Shown here one piece after another: positions 63,202 through 64,000 of a stretch of DNA of 64,000 nucleotides. The notes under the pieces were generated by a model. That model did not search any database. It had not been told where the DNA came from and saw only the letters and a list, made by a program, of their open reading frames with translations. The stretch spans positions 12,402,001 to 12,466,000 of the forward strand of contig NC_087437.1 in assembly GCF_036321535.1 (NCBI RefSeq), read 5' to 3'. Numbering within the stretch: the stretch's first letter is position 1; every line of letters starts with the position of its first letter. Position numbers and translations under genes: made by a program. Origin of the DNA: Camelus dromedarius. Taxonomy: Eukaryota.

Positions 63202-64000
63202 GGCTTGTAAGATCATTTTTGAGTTGGGTGTTAGGATGGAGTCTCTTTGAAGGAAGAAAAAAAAACCCAAAAGCATCATTTAACCCTTGTCCCCTCAAAC
63301 CTCTCAAAACAAACCAACACAGTCCACTTTTCCCCCAAATATCCAGCATGTCCGTTTAGAATGACCTGGCATCTGTGTGCCCCTCAGGGAGCCCCATTAC
63401 TGCCAGTTAAAGTGTCTGTTATCTGAAAAGTCCGCACAGGGGCTTACCCTCCAAGAGCAAGCTTTATTTATTGTTATTTCCTATGAACCAACAGGGTGGG
63501 GTGAACGCTGGTGGACGGACTAACAATGAGAGACTTGTCCTCTGTGTCGGGCAGAGGCTTGTGTGAAGAGTTGCAAACTGCCTCTCCACTCCTGCCTTTA
63601 GAAGTGACGAGGCTTAGCTGGCAAGGGTCCGGCATAGCTGTGTGACAACAGGGTGTTTGTTAACACACTGGGGCAGGGTCCTGTTTCTCAGCTTTTTGTT
63701 TTTTTCCTTGAAGCATCAGAACCCTCGCTCTGTCATCACACCCACCACAGGACTGGGTCCCCTTTCTGCGGATTGAGGCGGACGTTCCTCCTCACCTGAC
63801 ACTGTTCTTTCGTCTGCCGGGAGCTTGCAGCGGAAGGAGGGGGACTGACGTGTGATCTGTTCACACCAGTGAGGAGTTGCATGTGATTTCATCTGTTTGC
63901 ATCCTCTCCAGAAAAGAGCAGTTTCAGACAGCGCAGCCTCCTTTATGCTTTTAAGGGTAGAAGACCAGCTAGCCACATGCTTTACATTCAGAAAGCTGAA

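Noticed and set aside
1..64000. Prokaryotic-style systems (CRISPR arrays, operons, defence islands) or an intact autonomous element
   Set aside because: The sequence is mammalian, with no regularly spaced repeat-spacer array and no intact reverse transcriptase, transposase or gag/pol/env ORF.

Overview
Mammalian genomic DNA, most likely camelid (alpaca/camel lineage). The evidence is four tRNA-Ala-derived SINEs of the camelid Vic-1 type, artiodactyl-type L1 3' ends and Tigger2a_Art-like MITEs. It looks like the interior of a long intron or an intergenic region. I recognise no protein-coding exon, RNA gene or processed pseudogene, and the listed ORFs are chance ORFs or decayed transposon frames. 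Much of the window is interspersed repeat: L1, HAL1, L2, L3/CR1, MIR, MLT1/ERVL LTRs, hAT and Tigger elements, often nested, several with visible target-site duplications (TSDs). Between them lie repeat-free, motif-rich stretches that may be enhancers, including a CpG-dense patch at about 58.7-59.1 kb. I found no convincing novel biological system. The best leads are a TSD-flanked chimeric/inverted L1-derived insertion (30.2-30.7 kb), a probable L1 3' transduction (53.6-53.9 kb), a Zaphod-type hAT transposase remnant and the candidate regulatory elements. Repeat family names come from recalled consensus sequences, not a database search, and boundaries are approximate unless TSDs are quoted.
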